Below are positions 1 through 12,000 of a stretch of 64,000 bases of DNA, in pieces; the stretch's first letter is position 1; every line of letters begins with the position of its first letter. Location: positions 62,001 through 126,000 of the forward strand of contig NIVC01001907.1 in assembly GCA_002269645.1 (NCBI GenBank). The letters run 5' to 3'. The translations under genes and the position numbers were made by a program. The stretch is from Macrostomum lignano. Lineage: Eukaryota. The notes beneath the pieces are model-generated. The model saw only the letters and a program-made list of their open reading frames with translations. It ran no database searches and had not been told where the DNA came from.

Positions 1-83
1 CTGCCATGTTAATCCGCTTGGATGCTGGTTCGTTACCGGCACTTATCGAATAGACACGGAACCAATTATTGCAGCTTTTTACC

Positions 84-298
<215 letters not shown>

Positions 299-306
299 CT
301 ACCCAG

Positions 307-3300
307 GGCCGCCAGCACCGAGTCAGTCAAGGAGCACATCAGGGCACTGTACATGAACATGGATGTACCTGAGATCGGTCCTGGAGACGGTGGTGGCGTG
401 CTGAACGTGTCGCTAAGCATTGGCAGCATTCTGAAGCTGGCTGATCATGTGAGGTTTCCTGTTATCTAGTCTCATGCTGCAGCGCATAAACTCTCAATGA
501 GATTCGCTAAAACAATTCCACAGCACCTGGATCTGGCCTTCACGTTGGATCTGCGCTGGCGCCACAAATTCCTGGACGTTCTGGTGGACAGCATGGAGGC
601 CATCCCGCTGAATCGCCAGAAGCTTTGGACGCCCCAGTTTGTCTTCGTGAATGTTCAATCGGTCACCGAGGATCAGAGCTCCCTGTCGCTCAAGCTGGCC
701 GGAATGGACCCGTCGAGAAGGGCTGTGGTGTATAAGGTTTGGTGAGTAGCACCCACTCGGACAGACACTCAATAGAACAGATACCCACTCGGATAGACAC
801 CCCACTCGGACAGACACCCCACTCGGACAGTTACCCCACTCGGACAGACAACCCACTCGGACAGACACCCCACTCGGACAGACAGCCCACTCGGACAGAC
901 ACCCCACTCGGACAGACACCCCACTCGGACAGACACCCCACTCGGACAGACACCCCACTCGGACAGACACTCCACTCGGACAGACACCCCACTCGGACAG
1001 ACACCCCACTCGGACAGACACCCCACTCGGACAGACACCCCACTCGGACAGACACTCACTCGGACAGACAGCCCACTCGGACAGACACCCCACCCGGACA
1101 GACACCCACTCGGACAGACAGCCCACTCGGACAGACACCCACTCGGACAGACACCCACTCGGACAGACAGCCCACTCGGACAGACACTCCACTCGGACAG
1201 ACACCCACTGCCCGGCACTCCCGCAGGCACAGAGCCAGGATCCGATGCGATGGTCCCGCAATGCAGCATCCATTTGGCGACATCCTTTGCGTGTTAATCT
1301 TCGAAGAAGGTGAGCTCTGACAAGCTTTGAATTTAGAATTTATGATTACTAAATTGAGCAATACATTCGGACTATCGGCTTGATTTTAGCAAACCCGGAG
1401 AACCAGCGCTCCATCCACATGAGCCTCGGCAGGCGGCACCAGCTCAACTGCACCCGGGTGGACGATCAAAGATACTCGTTCGTCTATCGGCTGTCCAAGC
1501 CGTTCACCGACAATGGTAGCTAGTTAGGTCATGCATTTCACACAGTTATGCATGCACACAAGGTGGCGCTCTGATGTGCCAGCGGCCCAGGCTCGATTCC
1601 AAGTGCAGTCGCATTAATTTGGGGCTAAATTGGAATCTCAGCTTGGCTCTGCTCGTGCAGTTAACGGCCTTGAGGACCGACCCCCAAGCCACAGTGAAGT
1701 GTACATGCCTGAAGATAAATAAAGTTGGGTCGCTGTACACTCCTGTGTGAGTGCCTGCTCAGGGGAGTCGGCGGAATGGGCAGTAATGCCTCTCGCCAGT
1801 TGTGTGACAATTTCGCTTAAAGTGAGACAGGGTGCACAGCACCCCCTGCCTCTAAAAAATAGCCCTGATTTTTTATTCTGCAGGCATGTACACTGTCTGT
1901 GCCTTGGGGGTTGGCCATCATGGCTGTTTACGCACAACTTACCGGCCAATTTTAACGCTCACATGCTCCAAACGAATGTTGAGTAGTTTATTGAGTAGTT
2001 TGTTGAGTAGTTTGTTGAGCAGTTTATTGAGTAGTTTATTGAGTAGTTTATTGAGAATTTTACTGAGCAGTTTACTGAGTAGTTTATTGAGTAGTTTATT
2101 GAGCAGTTTACTGAGTAGTTTATTGAGTAGTTTAATGAGCAGTTTACTGAGTAGTTTATTGAGTAGTTTATTGAGCAGTTTGTTGAGTAGTTTATTGAGT
2201 AGTTTATTGAGTAGTTTACTAAGTAGTTTATTGAGTAGTTTATTGAGTAGTTTGTTGAGTAGTTCATTGAGTAGTTTATTGAGTAGTTTGTTGAGTAGTT
2301 TATTGAGTAGTTTATTGAGTAGTTTACTAAGTAGTTTATTGAGTAGTTTATTGAGCAGTTTGTTGAGTAGTTTATTGAGTAGTTTATTGAGTAGTTTACT
2401 AAGTAGTTTATTGAGTAGTTTATTGAGTAGTTTGTTGAGTAGTTCATTGAGTAGTTTATTGAGTAGTTTGTTGAGTAGTTCATTGAGTAGTTTATTGAGT
2501 AGTTTGTTGAGTAGTTTATTGAGTAGTTTATTGAGTAGTTCGTTGAGCAGTATATTGAGTAGTTTATTGAGTTTATTGAGTAGTTTATTGAGTTTATTGA
2601 GTAGTTCATTGAGTAGTTTGTTGAGTAGTTTGTTGAGCAGTTTATTGAGCAGTTTATTAAGTAGTTTATTGAGCAGTTTATTGAGAAGTTTATTGAGTAG
2701 CTTATTGAGTAGTTTGTTGAGCAATTTATTGAGCAGTTTATAAAGTAGTTTGTTGAGCAGTTTATTGAGTAGTTTATTGAGAATTTTACTGAGTAGTTTA
2801 TTGAGTAGTTTAATGAGCAGTTTACTGAGTTGTTTATTGAGTAGTAAATAACGTAGTGTCAAAAACGATTACCCCTGGCAATGTCGCAGGCCGCAAGTTC
2901 CAGTTCTGGACCCGGATCTGCATCAGGACCGGCTTGGATGAGATGCTGCCGGCTGTCAGGCAGTACGGCTTGTCCTTCATCATGGTGCTGCTGTCGCTCA
3001 CCACTGTGTACTTTTTCGATCGCACAACTCGACTGTTCATCAACCTGGCCCTGCTGCACATCCTCATCTTCAACTGGTCGCCGGCTGGTCACTACGTGAA
3101 CGCCATGGACATCTGGTACGCCATGTGCACCTTCGTGATCTGCTGCTGCCTGATGGCCGCACTGGCCAAGAAGTCCAACGAGCCCGGGGACCAGGAGCTG
3201 CTTGATGAGGTTGCGGCTGCTGAGGATCCGCTGCAGCTGCCGAGATCGGCCAAGCACAGCTACAATGGGGTGAGTTGTCAGGAGGGCTTAGTGTCAGATA

Positions 3301-5399
3301 GGGTTAGTGTCAGATAGGGTTAGTGTCAGATAGGGTTAGTGTCAGATAGGGTTAGTGTCAGATAGGGTTAGTGTCAGATAAGGGTTAGTGTCAGATAGGG
3401 TTAGTGTCAGATAAGGGTTAGTGTCAGATAGGGTTAGTGTCAGATAGGGTTAGTGTCAGATAGGGTTAGTGTCAGATAGGGTTAGTGTCAGATGTGGTTG
3501 GTGTCAGTTGTGGTTGGTGTCAGATGTGGTTAGTTTCAGATGTGGTTGGTGTCTTTTTTTTTTTAGAGGCAGGGGGGTTGTGTGCACCCTGGCGCACTTT
3601 AAGCGACATAGGCACACAACCGGCGAGAGGCATTACTGCCCATTCCGCCGACTCCCCTGAGCAGGCATACAAGCGCACGGATACGTACGCAGGCACACAC
3701 TCACACAGGAGTGTACAGCGGCCCTAACTTTATAATATCGTTAGGCATGTACACTTCACTGCGCCTTGGGGGGTTGGCTCTCAAGGCCGTTAATTGCACG
3801 AGCAGAGCCAAGCCGAGATTCCAATTCAGCCCCAAATTAATGTGACTGCACTTGGAATCAAGCCTGGGTCGCTGGCACACCAGAGCAGCTGCGCTACCGC
3901 TGGGCTACGGCCCCCTATGGTTGGTGTCAGATAGGGTTAGTGTCAGATGTGGTTGGTGTCAGATAGGGTTAGTGTCAGATGTGGTTGGTGTCAGTTGTGG
4001 TTGGTGTCAGATGTGGTTGGTGTCAGATAGGGTTAGTTTCAGATAGGGTTAGTGTCAGATGTGGTTCGTGTCAGATGTGGTTGGTGTCAGATAGGGTTAG
4101 TGTCAGATGTGGTTGGTGTCAGTTGTGGTTGGTGTCAGATGTGGTTGGTGTCAGATGTGGTTAGTGTCAGATAGGGTTAGTTTCAGATAGGGTTAGTGTC
4201 AGATGTGGTTCGTGTCAGATGTGGTTGGTGTCAGATAGGGTTAGTGTCAGATGTGGTTGGTGTCAGTTGTGGTTGGTGTCAGATGTGGTTGGTGTCAGAT
4301 GTGGTTAGTGTCGGATGTGGTTGGTGTCAGATGTGGTTGGTGTCAGATGTGGTTGGTGTCAGATGTGGTTGGTGTCAGATAGGGTTAGTGTCGGATGTGG
4401 TTGGTGTCAGATGTGGTTGGTGTCAGATGTGGTTGGTGTCAGATGTGGTTAGTGTCGGATGTGGTTGGTGTCAGATGTGGTTGGTGTCAGATGTGGTTGG
4501 TGTCAGATAGGGTTAGTTTCAGATAGGGTTAGTTTCAGATAGGGTTAGTTTCAGATAGGGTTAGTGTCAGATGTAGTTGGTGTCAGTTGTGGTTGGTGTC
4601 AGATGTGGTTAGTGTCGGATGTGGTTGGTGTCAGATGTGGTTGGTGTCAGATAGGGTTAGTTTCAGATAGGGTTAGTTTCAGATAGGGTTAGTTTCAGAT
4701 AGGGTTAGTGTCAGATGTGGTTGGTGTCAGATGTGGTTGGTGTCAGATGTGGTTGGTGTCAGATGTGGTTGGTGTCAGATGTGGTTGGTGTCAGATGTGG
4801 TTGGTGTCAGATGTGGTTGGTGTCAGATGTGGTTGGTGTCAGATGTAGTTGGTGTCAGATGTGGTTGGTGTCAGATGTAGTTGGTGTCAGATGTGGTTGG
4901 TGTCAGATGTGGTTGGTGTCAGACTTGGTTGGTGTCAGATGTGGTTGGTGTCAGGCGGGACAATGTGTCAGATTAGACTTTCTCAAAGCAGAACCTCTCA
5001 ATGACAATGCTTCCACAGACGATGATTTACCAGAAGGACCCGAGGTCCTCAAAGTGCACGGCCATCACGGAGTCCTCGGACAACCTGGACCTATTCGGCC
5101 TGGCGGAGCCGCTCCCGCCGCAGCCGCACATGCCGCAGGCGTCAACAGCGAGGCTGACGGCAGCAGACCGGCAGCAGCTGCAGCTGCAGCAGCAGCAACA
5201 GCGACACCGGCAGCGGCGGCGACAGCGAAATCGTCGCGGTTCGAACCCGGGACGACAGCGTAACGGGTGCAGCCTGCTGGCGATGATTGTGCTGCCAGTG
5301 TGGTGGACTCTGTTCGTGGCCACCTTTTGGACCGCGGTGCTGCTGACCGCTCCGAGCTGTGAGAAGCTGACGGCTGAGTGCTTCAACAGTGCGCTCTGA
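307..5399 (+). CDS. Divergent Cys-loop (pentameric) ligand-gated ion channel subunit, multi-exon, 5' end not in window or not recognised
   Basis: Exons 307-448, 524-741, 1227-1309, 1390-1515, 2890-3269, 4989(or 4992)-5399 join with GT/AG sites and matching phases (0,2,1,1,0). Motifs: [21 protein letters not shown], Cys-loop C-X13-C ([15 protein letters not shown]), M1/M2 hydrophobic segments, HYVNAMDIW (cf. YVKAIDIW of GABA/GluCl-type subunits) before M3, long M3-M4 loop, C-terminal M4. Confidence 0.85.
750..1208. repeat. 17-18-bp minisatellite CCACTCGGACAGACACC (LGIC intron)
   Basis: Direct inspection. Confidence 0.97.
1563..1859 (+). mobile_element. 5'-truncated SINE family 1 copy, followed by a short inverted fragment (~1882-1927)
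   Basis: Colinear homology to 3554-3915 in opposite orientation; B-box-like GGCTCGATTCC; ends CCTCTAAAAAA. Confidence 0.8.
1978..2845. repeat. 12-bp minisatellite GAGTAGTTTATT (LGIC intron)
   Basis: Direct inspection. Confidence 0.97.
3290..4955. repeat. 16-bp minisatellite GTCAGATAGGGTTAGT / GTCAGATGTGGTTGGT, interrupted by a SINE
   Basis: Direct inspection. Confidence 0.97.
3554..3915 (-). mobile_element. Full-length tRNA-derived SINE (family 1) inserted in a minisatellite
   Basis: Minus strand reads GGGGGCCGTAGCCCAGCGGTAGC (A-box TAGCCCAGCGG), CCCAGGCTTGATTCC (B-box-like) and ends CCTCTAAAAAAAAAAA; TGGTTGGTGTC flanks both sides (TSD-like, but also the array unit). Confidence 0.8.
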
Positions 5400-5429
5400 C
5401 GCTGCAGTGCGCCTTGATGATTGGCGCTA

Positions 5430-6470
5430 TAGACTGGGGGCGCTGATTTAAGGGCTTTGATCTTGGGCGCTGATCTGGGGGCGCTAGTCTGGGGGCGCTT
5501 GTCTGTGAGCGCTAGTCTGGGGGCGCTAGTCTGGGAGCGCTAGTCCGGGAGCGCTACTCTGGGGGCGCTAGTCTGGGAGCGCTAGTCTGGTAGCGCTACT
5601 CTGGGGGCGCTAGTCTGGGGGCGCTAGTCTGGGGGCGCTATAGTCTGGGAGCGCTATAGTCTGGGAGCGTTAGTCTGGGGGCGCTAGTCTGGGGGCGCTA
5701 CTCTGGGGGCGCTTGTCTGAGGGCGCCTATCCTGGGCGCTAGTCTGGAGGCGCTTGTCTGAGGGCGCCTATCTAGGGCACTAGTCTGGGGGCGCTAGTCT
5801 GGTAGCGCTAGTCTGTGAGCGCTAGTCTGGTAGCGCTACTCTGGGGGCGCTTGCCTGAGGGCGCCTATCTGGGGCGCTAGTCTGGGGGCGCTAGTCTGGG
5901 AGCGCTAGTCTGGGGGCGCTAGTCTGAGGGCGCCTATCTGGGGCGCTAGTCTGGGGGCGCTTGTCTGAGGGCGCCTATCTGGGGCGCTAGTCTGGGGGCG
6001 CTATAGTCTGGGAGCGCTAGTCTGTGAGCGCTAGTCTGTGAGCGCTAGTCTGGGAGCGTTAGTCTGGTAGCGCTACTCTGGGGGCGCTTGCCTGAGGGCG
6101 CCTATCTGGGGCGCTAGTCTGGGGGCGCTTGTCGGAGGGGCGCTATAGTCTTGGGGCGCTAGTCGGGGGTTGCTAGTATGGGGTTTGCTAGTCTGAGGGC
6201 GCTAGTCTGGGGGCGCTAGTCCGAGGGCGCTAGTCGGGGGTTGCTAGTATGGGGTTTGCTAGTCTGAGGGCGCTAGTCTGGGGGCGCTAGTCCGAGGGCG
6301 CTAGTCGGGGGTTGCTAGTATGGGGTTTGCTAGTCTGAGGGCGCTAGTCTGGGGGCGCTAGTCCGAGGGCGCTAGTCGGGGGTTGCTAGTATGGGGTTTG
6401 CTAGTCTGAGGGCGCTAGTCTGGGAGCGCCGATCTGGGGGCGCTAGTCTGTCTGAGGGCGCCGATCTGGG
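5430..6470. repeat. ~15-bp GC-rich minisatellite GGGGCGCTAGTCTG
   Basis: Direct inspection. Confidence 0.95.
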
Positions 6471-6889
6471 AGCCCTAACCTCGGGCCACAAATTTTTTTA
6501 ATCTAAGCGTTCATTTATTAACATTTATCGTGCTATGCAATAAAGTTTACAATTTAAGCTTACAATTTAGAATAAAAATGACTTGATAATTATCTAATAC
6601 TGTCTAATACACTCTTGACTAGTTGTGTGCGTTAAGAAAATCTGTACATTACTGCAGTACACGTTGAAATTTTTCTGTGATTGACAGGTCATTTAAAGAG
6701 AAGTACATCTTGTACATTTCATAAACTACCAGATTGGATTGCAGGTTTATAGGGCCCGGAAAAACACTAAAACCTATCCGACCAGTATACTCGTTAAATA
6801 TGCAGTTCACACAGCCATAAAATATCCGATATGGCTCTTCAAAGCGCCGGTAACATTTGCAGTTGGAGCGATTTTTTTCTCGTGGGGTG

Positions 6890-7692
6890 TCAGCAGCATC
6901 AGATAGGAGTGTCAGAAGCATCAGATAGGGGTGTCAGGAGCAACAGATAGGGGTGTCAGGAGCATCAGATAGGAGTGTCAGGAGCATCAGATAGGAATGC
7001 CAGGAGCATCAGATAGGGATGTCAGGAGCATCAGATAGGGATGTCAGGAGCATCAGATAGGGATGTCAGGAGCATCAGATAGGGATGTCCGGAGCATCAG
7101 ATAGGAATGCCAGGAGCATCAGATAGGGATTTCAGGAGCATCAGATAGGAATGCCAGGAGCATCAGATAGGGATGTCAGGAGCATCAGATAGGGATGTCA
7201 GGAGCATCAGATAGGGGTGTCAGGAGCATCAGATAAGGGTGTCAGGAGCATCAGATAGGGATGTCAGGAGCATCAGATAGGGGTGTCAGCAGCATCAGAT
7301 GGGAGTGTCAGAAGCATCAGATTGGGGTGTCAGGAGCATCAGATTGGGGTGTCAGGAGCATCAGAAAGGGGTGTCAGGAGCATCATGGATAGGGTTGTCA
7401 GGAGCATCAGATAGGGATGTCAGGAGCATCAGAAAGGGTTGTCAGGAGCATCATGGATAGGGATGTCAGGAGCATCAGATAGAGATGTCAGGAGCAACAG
7501 ATAGGGATGTCAGGAGCATCAGAAAGGGTTGTCAGGAGCATCATGGATAGGGATGTCAGGAGCATCAGATAGAGATGTCAGGAGCAACAGATAGGGATGT
7601 CAGGAGCAACAGATAGGGATGTCAGGAGCATCAGAAAGGGTTGTCAGGAGCAACAGATAGGGATGTCAGGAGCATCAGATAGGGATGTCAGA
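6890..7692. repeat. 22-bp minisatellite CAGGAGCATCAGATAGGGATGT
   Basis: Direct inspection. Confidence 0.97.
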
Positions 7693-9088
7693 GTGAGAAA
7701 TAAGGTGTCAGCAGTAGAAAAAGTCTATAAGCGGTTCAAAACAGTAACTTTGCGCCATACTCCATAGTTTTCTTTGATAAAATCCAAATTTCTCTACTCT
7801 TAGTAGTCAAAAACGCGTATAAATGAAATAAAAAATAAACAAAAGATGGAAAACGCACACCTGAAGGATTAGCAAATTTGAGAGTCAATATTTTGCGTTT
7901 AGAAGCTTTCGAGTAACATTTTGTTTTATATAAATTTGCGAATATATTTGAACTCGACTTCGTGAGGACAGAGAAACTACAGTAAGGGATGGCTGGGTTC
8001 AGTTGACAAAGAAATGAAAAAAGAAACATTGCGCAGCATAAACGCTAGCTAGATAATAAACAATTGTTAGGCGTAAAACACTGCAAATGACCAAATTAGC
8101 ATTTCAAGCAGTTTCTGTCTCTCTTTCGGAGACAATTCTGCTTTTTCTTTTCTAGCGTCACATGACTGACATGAAAAAGGCGACCCCCTATTGAGAAAAG
8201 AGCGAAGGCTAGAAACTTCGGCCGGTCGAGCCCGCTTCAACTTGCCATATAAGGCAAGTAATTCAGCAACCTGTTATTGAAGTTTCCACCCCCGAATGGA
8301 TTTAAGCTGTCACTGGGACTGAGTTAATGAAGGACTCAAGGACTACTCAAATAGGAATCGACGAAATCTGTGTTGCCTGATCTCGGGTGCTCCAGCGATC
8401 CTCGCAAGCCTCCAGAACACAAAACAGCCACGCAACCACAACAAATCTTGGATGACTCTATCGCAACTTTTTTACGATTCTACAAGTCACGCGATGCTCT
8501 TGCGAGCCGTCTGAGTAGTAAAACTAGTCGCTGGAGTCGCTAGTGAGCTGTTTGCAACTCAATTGCATTATAACGAAATAATTGACAATGATTGTCAATT
8601 ACAGATAAAATATACGGCAGGTAAAATTTCAATAATGGCTAATGTTATATGAATATTAATAATAATAATTGCTAATTTACTAATAATTAACAATTCGATC
8701 GCTAGAAGAAGCCAAGCATATTTAGCAGGTTAGTTAAATGGCCGATGCCAGGTACACACGCTAGCGAGTACACAGTAACTATAAAGGGCAAATCACACTG
8801 TTTAACGAATAAATAATGTAAATATAAAATAATTTGTATTGCCAATTGATGCATTCAGCAAACGAATTGAAGTTTAAGCAGCCCTTTAATCAGATTGTGA
8901 GGGGGTATGCAACAGGTTCGTAAGGATTGATTCAAGGATCCCTGAACCCTAACAACCAGTCCAACTGGGCCCGTCTGGAGTCCTTGGTTCCGATAAAAAT
9001 GTCTCAGAAAAATCTCTTTTATAACTGTTACTTGGTTAAAAAATTGCTAATCAACAGTAATAAAAATCATTATGAAATACGACTGATA

Positions 9089-12000
9089 TTACGAAGCCCT
9101 CGCCAGCCTCGTGGCCTTGTCCATATTGCGCTGGACGCGGTCCTGAACTCGAACCTTGGCCTCGACAATCTGCAGATCGATGCCCAGGCGGATTAGGGTT
9201 TCATTCTCCCCAACCAGACGGAGAATCTCCATCTCAATTTGGACACCGAATACTCGCTGGCGCTGGTTACTAAGGCGCAATTCGCGAATGCGTCCTTGGT
9301 TACCAATGGCGGAGAATAGTTTAACAATGTACGGCCCGGTCAGGATGTTGGAGTCCAAGCAGAGCGTCTCCAGGGTCTTGTTGGTCTCCAGGGCGGTGAG
9401 GAGCCCGGCGGCCTGGTAGGGTGACAGATTACAGGTATGATAGGTGATGACAGGTGATTACAGAAGATGATAGATGATTACAGGTGATGACAGATGACAG
9501 GTAACTACAGGATGACAGGTGATGACAGATGATGACAGATGATTACAGATGATGACAAGTGATTACAGGTGATGACAGAAGATTACAGGTGATGACAGAT
9601 GACAGGTAACTACAGGATGACAGGTGATGACAGATGATTACAGATGATGACAAGTGATTACAGGTGATAACAGATGATTACAGGTGATGACAGAAGATTA
9701 CATGTGATGACAGGTGATGACAGGTGATGAAAGATGATGACAGGTGATGACAGGTGATGAAAGATGATGACAGGTGATGACAGGTGATGAAAGATGATGA
9801 CAGGTGATTACAGATAATGACAGATGATGACATGTGATTATAGGGAATTACAGATGATGACAGGTGATGACAGATGATGACAGGTGATTACAGATGATGA
9901 CAGATGATGACAGGTGATGACAGATGACGACAAGAGATTACAGATGATTACAGATGATGACAGATGATGACAGGTGATTATAGATGACTGGTGATGATTG
10001 ACGATGACAGGTGACAGGTGATCATGTGATTACAGACAGTGACATGTGATTCAGTGACATGTGATTCAGTGACATGTGATTCAGTGACATGTGATCAGTG
10101 ACAGATGATGACAGATGACAGGTAACTACAGATGATGACAGGTGATGACAGATGATGACAGGTGATTACAGATGATGACAGATGACGACAAGAGATTACA
10201 GATGATTACAGATGATGACAGGTGATGACAGATGATTACAGATGATGAAAGGTGATTACAGATAATGACATCAAAAGACTAATGCTAGGAAATGAAAAAG
10301 CACAGCAACAATTGAGCCACCTTAGCATCGGTGAGTCCGCAGTTGGCAGCCTGCAGCTTTTTCAGCTTGGTGTTTTTGCCCAGCGCAGTCCACAGACGGT
10401 CCCAGTCCTGGCCGGAGATTTCGCGCAGATTATTCAGATTTAAATCCTGCAGATCGGCTGCGTCAGACTCCAGCCGCCTGATGCTGTCGTTCAAGTCAGT
10501 TGGGTTTGGCGGCTCGTCGGCCATGGCTTTGATGAGCTCGGACTTGGCCGTGGCGGTGAAGCCGCCTTCCAGGCTTTGGCCGGAGTTTTTCACAGAGTCC
10601 CAGTACTGGACCTGCGGCGGGGGAGACGGCAGCGGAGGTTCAGATGGGAGCTTAGTGCATATGAAATTTATGGGATTTGGGATCTGAGAAATTTATGGGA
10701 TTTTAAATGAGATCTGTGAAATTTATGGGATTTTCGATGGAATCTGAGAAATTTATTGGATTTTTGATGGGATCTGTGAAATTTATGGGATTTTCGATGG
10801 AATCTGAGAAATTTATGGGATTTTCGATGGGATCTAAGAAATTTATGGGGTTTTTGATGGGATCTGTGAAATTTATGGGGTTTTTGATGGGATCTGTGAA
10901 ATTTATGGGATTTTAAATGGGATCTGTGAAATTTATGGGATTTTGGATGGGATCTGAGAAATGTATTGGATTTTCGATGGGATCTGTGAAATTTATAAGA
11001 TTTTTTATGGGATTCTGATATGTTATCTAAGAAATTGATGGGATTATTGGGATCTGTGAAATTCGTGGCATTATAGGATCTGTGAAATTTATGGGATTCA
11101 CACTTATAATAGGCTTCAAAATCTAACGCTTCGTTAGTCTAAAAAACCTATTTAGAATTAAAAACCTATAGGATTAAAAAAAGCTCTTGCACACCCATAG
11201 TTGTTTGTGCAAACGAACTGTGTATATCAAAAACTGTGTATGCAATGTTTAAATTGTGCCAGACCAACTCCTCGCCAACTATTTACTTTCACACACTTAC
11301 AAATGGAAACATACTGAATTGACTATTTGCATTGACTGAATTCAATCTGCACAGATTTCAGTTGCCCTTGAAGAGGGCTGCATGTGAAATGTTATTAGCT
11401 TGCTTCTGACTCAGCATTCCTAGGCACAATAACCTGGCATTTTAGCTTAATTATTACCCAAACACTGGGTTGGCAGCGCGCTCTTAGGAGGAACTCCTGC
11501 TTCCTGCTTCTCCACCGCTATCTCGTAGCCTCTTTCTATACTCCGCCCTCGTTTTCTTCCAGATTTGCTATCTTTCTTCAGATTTCCAATCTGCCTCTAG
11601 ATCTCCTAGCTCCCTCTAGATTTCCAATCTTTCTCTAGATCTCTCTTCCTCTAGATCTCCTCTCTCCTTCTAGATCTTCCTCTAGATCATCTCTCCCTCT
11701 AGATCTCCAACCTCCCTCTAGATCTCCTCTCTCCTTCTAGATCTCCTCTCTCCCTCTAGATCTCCAACCTCCCTCTTGATCTCCTCTCTTCCTCTAGATC
11801 ACCTCTCTCCCTCTAGATCTCCAACCTCCCTCTTGATCTCCTCTCTTCCTCTAGATCTCCTCTCTCCCTCTAGATCTCCTCTCTCCCTCTAGATCTCCTC
11901 TCTCCTTCTAGATCTCCAACCTCCCTCTAGATCTCCTCTCTCCCTCTAGATCTCTCTTCCTCTAGATCTCCTCTCTCCTTCTAGATCTCCAACCTCCCTC

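Noticed and set aside
1886-2862. Long SSLL/NKLL ORFs, and similar long ORFs at 494-1273, 17609-18364, 31870-32774, 33406-34196, 34402-36003, 42356-43231, 44953-46382, 46779-47555, 57743-58382
   Set aside because: All are translations of stop-free tandem repeats in introns, intergenic DNA or a transposon arm; open in several frames, with no splice or family support.
3290-3500. Interstitial telomere (TAGGGTTAG in the 16-mer; TTAGGG in the 23-mer at 59245)
   Set aside because: At most about 1.5 hexamers per unit and never tandem (TTAGGG)n.
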